A DNA stretch of 64,000 bases from an uncultured bacterium (GTDB lineage Bacteria; Desulfobacterota; Deferrimicrobia; Deferrimicrobiales; Deferrimicrobiaceae): positions 67 through 64,066 of the forward strand of contig CAVUIA010000004.1 of the NCBI GenBank assembly GCA_963741515.1, in the 5' to 3' direction. The translations under genes and the position numbers were made by a program. A model generated the notes under the pieces. That model was not told where the DNA came from and made no database searches. It was given only the letters and a program-made list of their open reading frames with translations. The number at the start of each line of letters is the position of its first letter. Within the stretch, counting starts at the first letter, position 1. This document shows, piece by piece, positions 54,116-64,000 of the stretch.

Positions 54116-55808
54116 GCTGCGCTTTCACCTGCTTTTCGACCAGGCGTTCGATCGTTTCCGCCAGCATGGAAAAATGGCTTTTCAGGTCGGAGTAGAGCCC
54201 GAGGGCGGTTTCCGCCATCGGCGCGAGCTCCTTCCCCTCGAGCGCCTCCTTCCCGAACCCGAACAGGACGACCGGAGGCATCAGCGGGGGGTGGGTGCGC
54301 CCCAGCGTCTCGATCTCCCGGTCGATGACGGGGACGTCCTTCCACGTCCGGCGGATCCATTCCGCGTCCGGGGAGGGCTTCGCGGCCTCGCGGGCGATCA
54401 GGGAAACCCTCGTGAGGGCCTCCCCCGCGAGCGCCTCCATCCTCCGCAGGGTCGCGAGGTCGTCGCCGATCTCCCCGAGGATCCTTTCCAGCTCCCCCTC
54501 CCCGTGCCAGGCGGCCGCCTTGGCCTCGATCGTCCCGCACGCCTCTCCGACCGAAAATCCCGACTCCCCGTCCAGAATGCGCGGCCACGTCTCCCGGTAA
54601 AGGTACGTGTAGAACGTCTCCCGGGACAGGGAGCGGCGGATGAGGGGAACGTAGTCCTGCAGGCCGTCCCGCGCGAACCCGGAGCGGAAGACCCGGACCC
54701 CGCTCCATACCGGGCCGTCGTCGAGAGCGTCGACGCCGCCCTTCTCCAGGATCCGGCACCCGAGCTCGAACACGCTGTCGGCCGTGATCATCTCCTTGCA
54801 ACGCGGGTCCGTGCACTTCACGTGGAACCCGCACGGGCCGCAGGGGATGTCCGCCTCGATCACGTAGTGCCCCTCCCCGTACGGCCCGGTCTCCCGGAAG
54901 CAGACGTGTCCCAGCGACACGTCGATGGCGGGCGTGCCGACCGCCGTCGCGATGTGCAGGGGCCCCGTATCGTTCGTGACGAGGAGCGCGCACCGGTTCA
55001 GGAGCGCGGCGGCCCCCCGCAGGTCGGTCTTCCCGATGAGGTTGACCGCCTTCGTTCGGCGGCCAGCGATTCGAACTTCTTCCCGAGCTCCGCCTCCGAC
55101 CCGGATCCCGTTGAGCACGATGCGGGCGCCCAGGTCTTTCGCGAACCGGTCCGCGAGCCGCGCGAAGGAGGCCGCCGGCCAGGTCTTCACGTCGTCGCTC
55201 GCCCCGAGCTGGAAGCCGATGACCAGGTCGTCCCCGGCGACCCCGTGTTCCGCGAGAACCGCGTGCGCCTTCCCGCGTTCCTCGTCCGATACCGACAGGT
55301 GGAGCCCCTCGCCCGAAGGCGGGATGCCCGCGGCCTTGACCATCATGTCGCAGAGGTGGAAGGGGTTGTACCGGCGGGACGGGATCACGTTCATGAAGTA
55401 CCGCTGCCAGGGATGCTTGATGATCCGGGACCCGTCGGCGCCCGCGGTCACGCCCCGGATCTCCCGCGCGCGGAACAGCGAGGTCAGGAGCGCGCTCTCC
55501 CCCGACGGCGTGAAGTTGATCGCGAGGTCGTATTCGGTGTCGTTCACGCCGTCGATGAACGCTTCAAGGCGCCGGTAGCAGTCGACGAGGGAGTGCTCCT
55601 CCTCCCGGAACATTTTCCGGAACGCGACCTTGTCGTACGTCAGGAGCCGGTCGATGAACGGAAGGTCCTTGCAGATCTCCTTGAATTCCGAGCTCACGAG
55701 GAGGGTGATCCTGGCCGCGGGATACGACTTTTTCAGCCCCGCCATCACCGGTGTCGTCTGGATGAGGTCCCCCATCCGGGTCAGGTTGACGAGCAGGATC
55801 TCCTTCAT
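54096..55808 (-). CDS. glycosyltransferase family 9 (heptosyltransferase-like) with a C-terminal extension of about 220 aa
   Basis: MKEILLVNLTRMGDLIQTTPVMAGLKK GT9 N-terminus ...LLVTNDTGPLHIATAVGTPAI... The ORF reads in-frame from the upstream CgeB-like gene, so a fusion or a missed shift is possible. Confidence 0.7.
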   Translation of the reverse strand: MKEILLVNLTRMGDLIQTTPVMAGLKKSYPAARITLLVSSEFKEICKDLPFIDRLLTYDKVAFRKMFREEEHSLVDCYRRLEAFIDGVNDTEYDLAINFTPSGESALLTSLFRAREIRGVTAGADGSRIIKHPWQRYFMNVIPSRRYNPFHLCDMMVKAAGIPPSGEGLHLSVSDEERGKAHAVLAEHGVAGDDLVIGFQLGASDDVKTWPAASFARLADRFAKDLGARIVLNGIRVGGGAREEVRIAGRRTKAVNLIGKTDLRGAAALLNRCALLVTNDTGPLHIATAVGTPAIDVSLGHVCFRETGPYGEGHYVIEADIPCGPCGFHVKCTDPRCKEMITADSVFELGCRILEKGGVDALDDGPVWSGVRVFRSGFARDGLQDYVPLIRRSLSRETFYTYLYRETWPRILDGESGFSVGEACGTIEAKAAAWHGEGELERILGEIGDDLATLRRMEALAGEALTRVSLIAREAAKPSPDAEWIRRTWKDVPVIDREIETLGRTHPPLMPPVVLFGFGKEALEGKELAPMAETALGLYSDLKSHFSMLAETIERLVEKQVKAQHGSCNT

Positions 55809-55949
55809 CTCCCCGCCGCTCATCCGCCGATCGCCTTCATCGCGAGGAAGATCCTCTCGACGCGGGTGAGGTCTCCGCTGCCCGACCCGATCTCCCGGGT
55901 GATGTCCGCGAGCTTCAAGCTCCGCGCGCCCGCGAAGCGCGAAAGGTAT

Positions 55950-57580
55950 TTCCCGAGCTCCGTGTCCGGTCCCGCCTGCCCGACGAGGCGACCGGGGTCT
56001 TCCCGTTCCCGCATCTCCTGCCACGGAGGCCGGAATCCGGATCCGGATCAGGAAACCGATCATCTCCTCCATCCGGCGCTCGTAGGTGTGGTCCCGAAGG
56101 ACCCGCTGCCGCCCCCTCTCGGCGACCGCCTTCCTCTCCTCCGGGTCCGCGAGGTAACGGGCGATCTTGGCGCGAAGGTCGGCGAGGCTGTCGAAGCACG
56201 CAACCTCTTCCCCGATCCGGAAGAAATCGGACAGCCCCGAGCCGGAGGTCCACGAGCTGGAACCCGCCGCACGCCGCGATCTCGAACGTCCGGGGGTTCA
56301 CGAAATCGCCGTCGGGGTTCACCCCCTCGTGGTAGCTCGAGGAGTGGAGGTTGATGTTGATCCGGGAGGCGTTGAAGATCTTCACGATGTCGTCCGTGTC
56401 GACCCGGGCGCCGTCGCGCTGGAGGAACCCGCGGAGGGCGGGGCACGACCCCCACTCGTTCCCCCAGATCCGGAAGTCGAGGTCGACCAACCCCTCGAAG
56501 AGCCGGCGCCGGTTGTAGTACCCCGCGCCGACGAAGGAGACGTCGCCGCCGAATTCCTCGAGCTCGCCGGGGGACAGCTCCGACCTTCCGGTGGACCTCG
56601 GGAGATGCGGCCATCGGGAGGAAGGCGACGTTCCTCGCGCCGGCCTCCCGGAGCCGTTCGAGGAAACCGCCCTCCTGGATCGCGAAGAAATAATCGTATT
56701 TCGAGGCGGTGTCCCGCCAGTACCCCATGTGCCGGAAATCCTCCACGAACCAGAAAACGGTGGCGATCCGCCGCTCCCGCAGGACGGCGAGGGCCGACTC
56801 CAGGAACGGCGCCTGGGCCAGGACCAGGACGATGTCGGGGCGGAACGGGACGATCCGCGCCATCGCGGCCTCGGAGGCGAACTCGCCGAACTTCATCCTC
56901 AGGATGTCCCGGTGCGGCGCGCTATCCGTGATCTTGTCGATCGAGAGGAACGTCTCCCCGAAGACGCCGTTGTCGATGAATTCCACCTCGTGCCCCAGGT
57001 TCCGCAGGGCGGAGGCGCAGTAGCCGGCGACGGGAAGCGACCCGCCGTGGAACGGACCGACCACGGCGATCCTCAAGCCCCGCGCCGCGGCGTGGAGGGC
57101 TTCCAGCCGGAGAGCGGCTTTTTCGAAGACGGCCGGGTCGAGCCGGACCGACGGCGCGTGGCGCAGGATCCCGAACGGACCGGCGGGCGCCGGGGCCGCA
57201 AGGTCGTCGCAGTCGGCGGCGATCCGCGCCCTGGCAAGGATCGGCGACAGGTCCCGGGCCTCCAGGGCGGTCCGGAGGATGTCGACCCTGGGCTCGAACA
57301 CCGTCGACCGGCTTGTCCGTTTCGCGCAGAAGCTCCTCGACGTGGTACCCGAGCCCGAACCCGAAGACCGCGATCGACGACGAGGATTCGATGTCGTCGC
57401 GGTAGTGCTCCACCCAATCCCGCGCTTCCCGCACCGGGTCGTAGACGCTGTGGAGCGCCGCGTCGCCGACTTTAAGGGACGGGGGCCCCGCCTTCGAAGG
57501 GACGACGCAAGGCCGGCGCCGCGTTCCGCGTTCCGGACGCGTTCCGCCAGCCGCCCGTCGACGGCCTCGAGCCCCCTCAT
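55950..57580 (-). CDS. CgeB-like (DUF3880 + GT1-like) glycosyltransferase with a Maf-like N-terminal domain (copy 1); at least 3 frame shifts
   Basis: N-terminus MRGLEAVDG...LHSVYDPVREARDWVEHYRDDIESSSSIAVFGFGLGYHVEEL. Middle ...RIAVVGPFHGGSLPVAGYCASALRNLGHEVEFID... C-terminus IVKIFNASRININLH...VNPRTFEIAACGGFQLVD...RVLRDHTYERRMEEM. Confidence 0.6.
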
Positions 57581-57603
57581 GTTCCGTTCGAGAAACACCA
57601 ACG

Positions 57604-60514
57604 TCACTTCCCCGGGAGGCCGGCGCTTTCGATGGCCGCCTTCCGCCGGAGCGCGTCCTCGCGCCCCGGCTCGAACAGCAGGATCTTCTCGAGGTCTTCC
57701 AGGGCAGCTTCCCTCATGCCGAGCCGGAAAACAACGTCGGAATGGGCCAATAAGGCGGCCGCGTCGAGGGGATGCTCCATGAGGCGCCTCTCGAGGACGG
57801 CGCGCGCGCCTTCGAGGTCCCCGGACGCCAGGGCGGCTTCCACTCCCGCGCTCAAAGACCGCGCCGCGGAATCCGCCTTCCGGGCCCGGAACAGGTACTG
57901 GAAGACGAACAGGTCCTTCACCTCTTCCCGCGTCTGGCCGCGGAGCGTGACCCGGCCGAACGAGACGTCCCCCGCGTGGGCGGAAGGAAGGGAATCGTAC
58001 CCGGGAGACAGGTTCTCCGAGATCCCTTCCGGTTCGAAGCCCGCCTCGAGGAAGAGGATCTCCATCTCCTTCTTCGTGAAAAAGCGCAGGTGGGTCCGGT
58101 CGAGAATCCCGAAATCCTTGTATTCCCACCGCCCCTCGGCGAGCCGGTCGATGACCCCCAGGAACCGGACGTTCGGTATGCTCGCAACGACCGTCCCCGA
58201 ATCGGCCAGATGCCGCTTCAGCTTTTTCAACGCCGACAGCGGGTCCCGGAGATGCTCCAGGACGTCCGCCAGGACGATGCAGTCGAAATATCCGTCGTCG
58301 AAGGGAAGGTCCAGGGCCTCCACGTCCCCCCGGAAGACCCGCGACAACACCTTCCGCGCGGCATCCGCCGTCGCCGGGTCCGTTTCGATCCCCACGACTT
58401 CGGAGGCGCCCATCTCGAGAAGGGCCCGTCCGAGGGCCCCCTCGCCGCAGCCGACGTCGAGGATCCGCGACGCCCCCACGGGAATCATCGCCATGACCTC
58501 CCTGCGCTCCTGGCGGTAATAGGAGCGGTCCTCCGCGGCCGGCGCCGTGATCGACGCCTTCCCGGCGGAAACCGGCACGGCGGCCTGGACCGGCGCGGCG
58601 GCCTGGACCGGCGCGGCGGCCTGGACCGGCGCGGTAGCCTGAACCGGCGCGGCGAAACGTACCGACGCGGCGGCCTGGACCGGCGCGGCGGCCGCCCGGT
58701 TGCCCTCCCGGAGGACCCTTTCGAACACCTTGCCCACCTGTTCCGCCACCACCTTCGAATCGTACTTTCGTACGGCCCGCGCCCTGCCCTTCCTTCCCAG
58801 CTCCGCCCTCAAGTCTTCGGAGAGGCACAGCGACGCGATCGCGCCCGCGAGCTCCCCCGGATCGTTCGCCGGCACGAGGATCCCGGCGTCCCCGACCACC
58901 TCGGGGATCGAGCCGGAAGAGGTGGAGACGACGGGGGTGCCGCACGCCATCGCCTCGACGAGCACCATCCCGAACTGCTCCTTCCACATCCGCATGGAGA
59001 TGCTCGGCAGGACGAACAGGTCGGCCGCGTTGTAGAGGTCGCGCATCCGGTCGTAGGGGTGGCTCTCGACGAAGAGGAACGATTCCCCGAGGCCGATCTC
59101 CCCGGCCCGGGCCATCACCGCTTCCCGCTCCGGGCCCTTCCCGACCATCACGTAGCGGACGGGGCGCCCCCCCGGCTCGGCCTTCACGAGCTTCGCGGCG
59201 TGGACGAGGTCGTACACGCCCTTTTCCCAGACCATCCGGCCGGTAAAGAGGACGACGATCTCGCCGGAAGAGATCCCGAGCGCCGTCCGGCAGGAATCCC
59301 GCAGCGCCGCGTCCGGGCGGAACCCCTCCGTGTCGATCCCCATCGGGATGACCGTGATCCGCCCCGGGTCGACCCCCTCGAGCACGAGGGCCTCTTTCGC
59401 CCGTTCCGTCACGGCGATGAAATGGTCCGCTCCCGGCGCGCACGGCGGACTTGAGGGTCCTTCATCTCCCCGTGTTCCTCGTAGGCGAACGGGATGTTCT
59501 CCCACTGGAGGCACACGAGCTTCTTCCCGAATTTTTCCCGTATCCCCGCCGCCTGGAACGAGAACATCCAGGTCGTGTCCGCGGAAAAGACGAGGTCCTC
59601 GTCGAACAGCGCGAACTCCAGCCCCTGCATGTAGCCGCCGATGCTGGGGATGTGGGGGCAGTTTGACGACGGGGAGCCGCACCTTGGAGCCGATGTCGAA
59701 GCTCGGGTTCGTCGTGGTGTACGCCGTCAAGTCGTACGACCCCGACAGCGGCTCGTAGTTCTGCATCTCCCACGGGTTCAGGTTCGGGCCCCGGACGATC
59801 CCGACGCGGGGACGGCCGGACTCGCCGCCCTTCCCGGACGGGTACGGGGGCACGCGGCTCCCCACGGCCGCCGACGCCGGTCTCGGCTGGATGTCGTATT
59901 CCCGGTACACCAGGTCCGCCGGACTTTCGAAACCGCTGCCGGGGATCGCGGCGTAGGACGCCCCCTTTTCGGAGTAACGGGCGCGATCGAGGAAACCGTA
60001 ATGGACGACGTAGGCCTGGATCGGGACGACCTTCCCTTCGATCCCCGCCAGGCGCTCGTGCACCTGGCCCTCCCAACGGATTCCCGGGCGGTTCCGCCAG
60101 ATCCGCGGGATCGCCTCGTAATCGTCGTATGCCTTCGAATAAAACGATTCGCTGCCGACGAGGTTGCACTGCCGGATGGTGCAGCCCCCCGCCTCCGGCG
60201 GAAGCTGCTCGAGGAAAGCGCGGATGCCGCGCTCGAACTCGTCCGAGAACGCCTCGTCGGCGTCGAGGCGGACGATCCAGTCGCCCGTGCACCGCTCGAG
60301 GCAGGCCTGGCGCTGGTCGCCGAAATGCCCGGTCCACGGGTTCGCCACCACGACGACGCGGGGGTCCTTCCGGAGGATCTCCACCGTGCGGTCCGGTGCT
60401 GCCGCCATCGACCACCACGATCTCGTCGGAGAACGAGCACGAGGCGAGGGCCCTGCCGATGTTGCGCTCCTCGTTCATGGTGATCATCGAGACGGATATC
60501 TTCATCGTTTCCAC
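57604..60514 (-). CDS. large multidomain protein: GT2 - GT4 - (AAPVQA)n linker - class I SAM methyltransferase - TPR-like tail; several frame shifts
   Basis: GT2 ISVSMITMNEERNIGRALASC...DWIVRLDADE. GT4 ...EQFGMVLVEAMACGTPVVSTSSGSIPEVV. MT ILDVGCGEGALGRAL...FDCIVLADVLEHL. The pieces lie in ORFs 59462-60514, 57604-60408 and 59409-59630. Confidence 0.6.
58573..58698. repeat. tandem repeat of 18 bp x 7 (cggcgcggcggcctggac), encoding the (AAPVQA)n linker
   Basis: Read directly from the sequence. The first units are perfect and the last are degenerate. Confidence 0.8.
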
Positions 60515-60539
60515 CTTCCCTGTTTTTCCCGCGCGGCGG

Positions 60540-62210
60540 TCACCCGTAGAGCTCGCGGAGCCGCCGGACGATCGCGTCGACCCGGTGCCGGTACGTGTGC
60601 TCCCGGAGGACCCGGCTCCTCCCCTTCGCCGCGACGGCTTCCCTCGCGGCGTCGTTGCGCAGGTAGAACCTCGCGAGATCGTCGATCTCGTCGAGGTTCC
60701 CGTAGGTGATCACCTCTTCCCCGACGTCGAAGAGCGCCTCGAGCGACGGCTGGTGGTCGGTGAGGAGGAACGCGCCGCAGGCGGGGACGTCGAACACCCG
60801 CTGGTTCACGGCCGTCCCCATCTGGACGCTGGTCGCGTTGAAGTTGACCTTGCAGGCGTTGAAGAAGAGCGGCAGCTCCTTGTAGTAGTTGAGCTGGGAG
60901 CCCAGCCGGAACTTCCCGTTGAGGAGCCCCTTCCAGCCGGCGTCGCCGCGGACGAAGGGCCGGAACTCCTCGAGGGCCCGCAGCCGGGAGAGCCGGTAGA
61001 GAAGCGTGGCGCGCCACAGGACGGCCGCCTCGAACGCGGATTTCTCCCTTGCCGTCAACGCATCGAACGCTTCCCGCTCGCCGTCGTGCATCGCGCTTTC
61101 CGCCGCTTCCGGGAACCGCATGTCCCGCGAGACGCCCAGGCGCTGCGCGGTGCGCTCGACGGCGGGGCGAAGTTCCCGCCGCACCTTGAGGAGCCCTTCC
61201 CGCGACGGGGCGACCATCGAGTTCCCCACGAACCCGACGTCGGAGCCGATCTTCCTCTTTTCCGCGAACGACAGGCCGCGGGGCCGGAAGGTCGTCTCGT
61301 CCGCCCCGAGGGGGAGGTACGCGACGTTCTCGAAGCCGACGGCCTTCAGCGATTTCATGTAGCTCTCGTCCCAGACGAAGACGCAGCAGAGCGGGGACGC
61401 GTTCTTCGGGAAAGCCCTCACCACGAGGTCGGGGCTGTCCACGTACCAGATCGCGGCCGGCATCTCGATCGACCGGAACAGGTCCGCCAGGGCGCCATCC
61501 TCGTCGAACCCGAAGTGGTTGACGGTCAGGAAGAAGTCGGGGCGGTCGGAGGCGATGGTCTCGACGGCGCGCCCCAGGATGTCGCCGACCGTCTCGTCCT
61601 TCCTGCCGCGGACCCGGACCACCGCGTGCCCGAGCGCCTCGAGCGCGCGGACGATCTCCTCGGTCAGGAAGTAGCCGAAGTCGAACAGGGCGACCGTCAG
61701 CCGGTCGGAGCGGAACTTGGGGTACCGGAGCCGTTCCCAGAGCCGGAAGGATATCGTCCGTTCGAGCGCATCGCGGACCGGGCCGTAATACCCCAGGAAA
61801 GCCGCCGTTTCGGACGAAAGGGAGAAGACGGCGAGCGACGGCAGCCCCGCCTCCAGATGGAGACGGGAGATCCCGGCGACCGCTTCGGCGGGCGTCTTTC
61901 CCACGAGGAAGCGGACCTTGTCCGACGGTTCCGTGCCCTTCCCGTGCTCCCGGCAGAGGTCGAGGATCTCCTGCGACGACTCGACGACCACGATTTGGGC
62001 TCGGGGTGCCGCCGCCTCAATTCGTCGAGGTGGTAGCCGAGCCCCAGCCCCAGGATGACGATCATCCCCTCGCCGCCGAAGGCAAAGGCGTCGACCATCC
62101 CCGACGGCCTCGCCGACGGGATCGTAGAGGCTGTGAATGGTTTTTTCGGAGCCGTCGGAACCGGCGACTCGCAGCGAATAGTTTCCTTGTCGGGTCCGCA
62201 CCAGGTTCAT
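60540..62210 (-). CDS. CgeB-like (DUF3880 + GT1-like) glycosyltransferase with a Maf-like N-terminal domain (copy 2); 1 frame shift near the N-terminus
   Basis: ...GLGLGYHLDEL...; RLTVALFDFGYFLTEEIVRALEALGHAVVRV. C-terminus NACKVNFNATSVQMGTAVNQRVFDVPACGAFLLTDH...VLREHTYRHRVDAIVRRLRELYG*. Confidence 0.7.
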   Translation of the reverse strand: MNLVRTRQGNYSLRVAGSDGSEKTIHSLYDPVGEAVGDGRRLCLRRRGDDRHPGAGARLPPRRIEAAAPRAQIVVVESSQEILDLCREHGKGTEPSDKVRFLVGKTPAEAVAGISRLHLEAGLPSLAVFSLSSETAAFLGYYGPVRDALERTISFRLWERLRYPKFRSDRLTVALFDFGYFLTEEIVRALEALGHAVVRVRGRKDETVGDILGRAVETIASDRPDFFLTVNHFGFDEDGALADLFRSIEMPAAIWYVDSPDLVVRAFPKNASPLCCVFVWDESYMKSLKAVGFENVAYLPLGADETTFRPRGLSFAEKRKIGSDVGFVGNSMVAPSREGLLKVRRELRPAVERTAQRLGVSRDMRFPEAAESAMHDGEREAFDALTAREKSAFEAAVLWRATLLYRLSRLRALEEFRPFVRGDAGWKGLLNGKFRLGSQLNYYKELPLFFNACKVNFNATSVQMGTAVNQRVFDVPACGAFLLTDHQPSLEALFDVGEEVITYGNLDEIDDLARFYLRNDAAREAVAAKGRSRVLREHTYRHRVDAIVRRLRELYG

Positions 62211-63805
62211 CGCGTTAGAAGTAGCAGACGCCCTTGGCCAGCAGGTGGTCCATCCGCTTCTGCTCTTCCGTCAGATCGTCCCCCGGGTTTCCGATTCGAG
62301 ATAGTACGACCCCGCCGCCTCGCCGACCACCGAAGCGAGGATCTTGCGGATGCAGGCCTCGAACTCCTTTTCCCTGCCCTGGTAGGACAACCGCTTTCCG
62401 GCGAGGAACCCGGTGAATTTTTCGACGCTCGCTCAGGAAATGGGGCACCAGGAAGTTCTTCCGGAACCTGTGCCGTTCTCCGGGAAGGAGGACCACGCTT
62501 CCGAAGACGCCGGGGCAGGCGGCCTCCAGGCGATCCTCGCAGGACCCCCCGGCTTTCCCAAGGGCCGCCGATACGTCTTCCGGCGACGCATCGAAGTACC
62601 GCCTGAAGGAGGACACGAACGCGGCCGCCGCGTTCACGGGCCCGGGATCCAACGCTCCCGGTTCCGGAAGCGCCAGCATCACCAGGTCGAGCAGGTCGGC
62701 GACGTTGGCGACGAAGGTCCGCCAGCCGATGTCCTGCACCTCGAAGAAACGGGGCAGGGAATTCTTCATGGTGTACAGGTTCGCCTTCGTCCCGATGTAA
62801 TGGCGTTTCAGGATGTAATCCGGCCCCCGGTCGTGCCAATGGTAGACCCCGGTCGACGACAGGAACCCGAGCCTCTTCCCCTTCTCGAGCATCCGGATCC
62901 CCAGGTCCATGTCTTCCGCGTTGATGAGGGGGCGGAACGGCACCTCTCCGTACACGCTTTTCGGGATGCAGGAGGAGACGTTGTCGAGGAACGATACCCG
63001 GCGCTTCGTCAACGGATCGAAATGCTTCCAGTCCGTGAAATCGAACGACGGGGACAAGCCGTAGACGGTATCCCCCTCGTACCCGAGGCATCGCGTTCAT
63101 CGCCTCGTTCGTCCACAGGCTGAACAGGTCCGCCTCCGGACGGGTGAACTGCCTCGAGGTGACGGCGCCCAGGTCGGGGACCGAGAAGAACGGGCTCACC
63201 ATGCCGTAGAGCCAGTAGTTGCTCACCGGCACCGCGTCCTGGACGGTGAACACCAGGTATTCCCCCTTCGCCTGCCCGGCCCCGATGTTCCGGGTCCCAC
63301 CGTGATTGAATTCCTTCTGGGGAATGCAGATCACCCGGCAGCCGAACGACTCGGCGACCGCGACGGAGTCGTCCGTCGATTCCGAGTCGAGGACGAGGAT
63401 CTCGACCTCCCCCACCTTTTTCTGGGACCGCACCCTGCGGAGCAGTTCCGCGAAGGTCTCCCCGCCGTTCTTCACGGGAATGATCACGGAGATGCCGCAG
63501 GCAAGCGTCGCGGGACGCGAACCGTCGGGCATCGGATCGACGCGGACCTGGGCATTGAGGAGCCGCGTGAGCGCCTCTTCCTTTTCGTGCAATTGCCGCC
63601 CGATCTCCCTGATTTTCCTTTCATCGGCCAGCAGCGCGCCGAGCTGCCGGTCCGAGATGACCTTCTTCGCCTTCAATATGCGGCTCGCGCATTCGAGGGC
63701 CCATTGCATTTCCTGAAGCCGGTCCCCGCTCCCGTCCGCGGTTTCGGCTCCGTTTCCCGACCGAAGATCGTCTTGCCGGCTTTCCGATCGTTCGAGACCT
63801 TTCAT
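62207..63805 (-). CDS. glycosyltransferase family 2 with an N-terminal coiled-coil region; frame shifted
   Basis: ISVIIPVKNGGETFAELL...ILVLDSESTDDS... (GT2 DxD region). The C-terminal half is in frame 62215-63057. Confidence 0.65.
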   Translation of the reverse strand: MKGLERSESRQDDLRSGNGAETADGSGDRLQEMQWALECASRILKAKKVISDRQLGALLADERKIREIGRQLHEKEEALTRLLNAQVRVDPMPDGSRPATLACGISVIIPVKNGGETFAELLRRVRSQKKVGEVEILVLDSESTDDSVAVAESFGCRVICIPQKEFNHGGTRNIGAGQAKGEYLVFTVQDAVPVSNYWLYGMVSPFFSVPDLGAVTSRQFTRPEADLFSLWTNEAMNAMPRVRGGYRLRLVPVVRFHGLEAFRSVDEAPGIVPRQRLLLHPEKRVRRGAVPPPHQRGRHGPGDPDAREGEEARVPVVDRGLPLARPGAGLHPETPLHRDEGEPVHHEEFPAPFLRGAGHRLADLRRQRRRPARPGDAGASGTGSVGSRARERGGRVRVLLQAVLRCVAGRRIGGPWESRGVLRGSPGGRLPRRLRKRGPPSRRTAQVPEELPGAPFPERASKNSPGSSPESGCPTRAGKRSSRPASARSSLRWSARRRGRTISNRKPGGRSDGRAEADGPPAGQGRLLLLTR

Positions 63806-63834
63806 CTCTCCTCCCGGTACCCGCGGTTCATACG

Positions 63835-64000
63835 AACGCCGAGTCGTCCATCATGGCCGCTTTGAGAAATTCATAATCGACTCCCTTGACCTTGGGAATC
63901 ATCGCTCCCCTGTCGTTCGGGTTCCCGCTGTATTCCTCGAGGATGAGCCCGTTGTCCTTGTAGAACGGGTAGAGCAGGCTCCCGGGAACGGGAGTGTACA
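63835..64000 (-). CDS. 3' end of an upstream gene (C-terminal ~55 aa ...PFYKDNGLILEEYSGNPNDRGAMIPKVKGVDYEFLKAAMMDDSAFV*); product not identifiable
   Basis: Open frame to the window edge, ending in a stop at 63835. Confidence 0.4.

Noticed and set aside
58573-58698. 18-bp tandem repeat array considered as a CRISPR array
   Set aside because: The units are contiguous with no spacers. They are in-frame inside a coding region, where they encode (AAPVQA)n. No cas genes are present.

Overview
This is a 64-kb stretch of high-GC bacterial DNA, probably a Gram-negative chromosome (a tol-pal cluster is present). Gene content is loosely compatible with a deltaproteobacterium but this is not established. 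Most genes are on the minus strand and gene density is high.

About 25 genes have frames that only become continuous after a 1-nt shift. Examples are mgtA, an RNase II-family gene, katG, cysK, ccdA, motA, the HD-GYP regulator and most glycosyltransferases. Where checked, the breaks fall in G/C homopolymer runs. This looks more like uncorrected indel errors than pseudogenes, so any pseudogene call here needs independent confirmation.

From 5' to 3' the window contains:
- An MgtA-like P-type ATPase that runs off the window edge.
- A fragmented RNase II/R-family gene.
- A decaying higBA toxin-antitoxin pair. The toxin has an in-frame amber codon at a conserved Trp and the antitoxin is cut off at its HTH domain.
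- A Fur/PerR-family regulator followed by the katG catalase-peroxidase.
- A sulfur amino-acid locus: cysE, a metB/metC-like gene, metY, cysK and metA, interleaved with three Rrf2-family regulators.
- A second higB 5' fragment, whose first ~60 bp form a direct repeat with the intact higB about 10 kb away.
- A lower-GC secreted thioredoxin-like gene and ccdA.
- A conserved fatty-acid modification cluster: cfa, DUF1365, an amine-oxidase-like flavoprotein, DUF2177 and DUF1295 membrane proteins, a lipocalin, a chalcone-isomerase-like protein and a second CFA-family methyltransferase.
- A coiled-coil protein and an MscS channel.
- A complete N-ATPase operon in the canonical order atpD-C-Q-R-B-E-F-A-G.
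- uspA, then ssrA (tmRNA) and smpB.
- A housekeeping stretch: panBCD, a deoxynucleoside kinase, rsmA, tsaD, a PIN-PhoH2 protein and tolQRAB-pal-cpoB.
- A second Fur-family regulator.
- A motility and c-di-GMP module: two motAB stator pairs, a YcgR-like PilZ protein and a REC-HD-GYP phosphodiesterase.
- A glycosylation island: a GT9 heptosyltransferase-like gene, two CgeB-like glycosyltransferases with Maf-like N-termini, a GT2 gene, and a roughly 970-aa GT2-GT4-(AAPVQA)n-methyltransferase-TPR protein.

The most notable observation is at ssrA. The 3' core of ssrA recurs as direct partial repeats about 270 bp downstream and about 9.7 kb away. A perfect 21-bp inverted copy also flanks the ssrA terminator. 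The direct repeats bracket the MscS, N-ATPase and UspA block, which suggests a degraded ssrA-integrated island.
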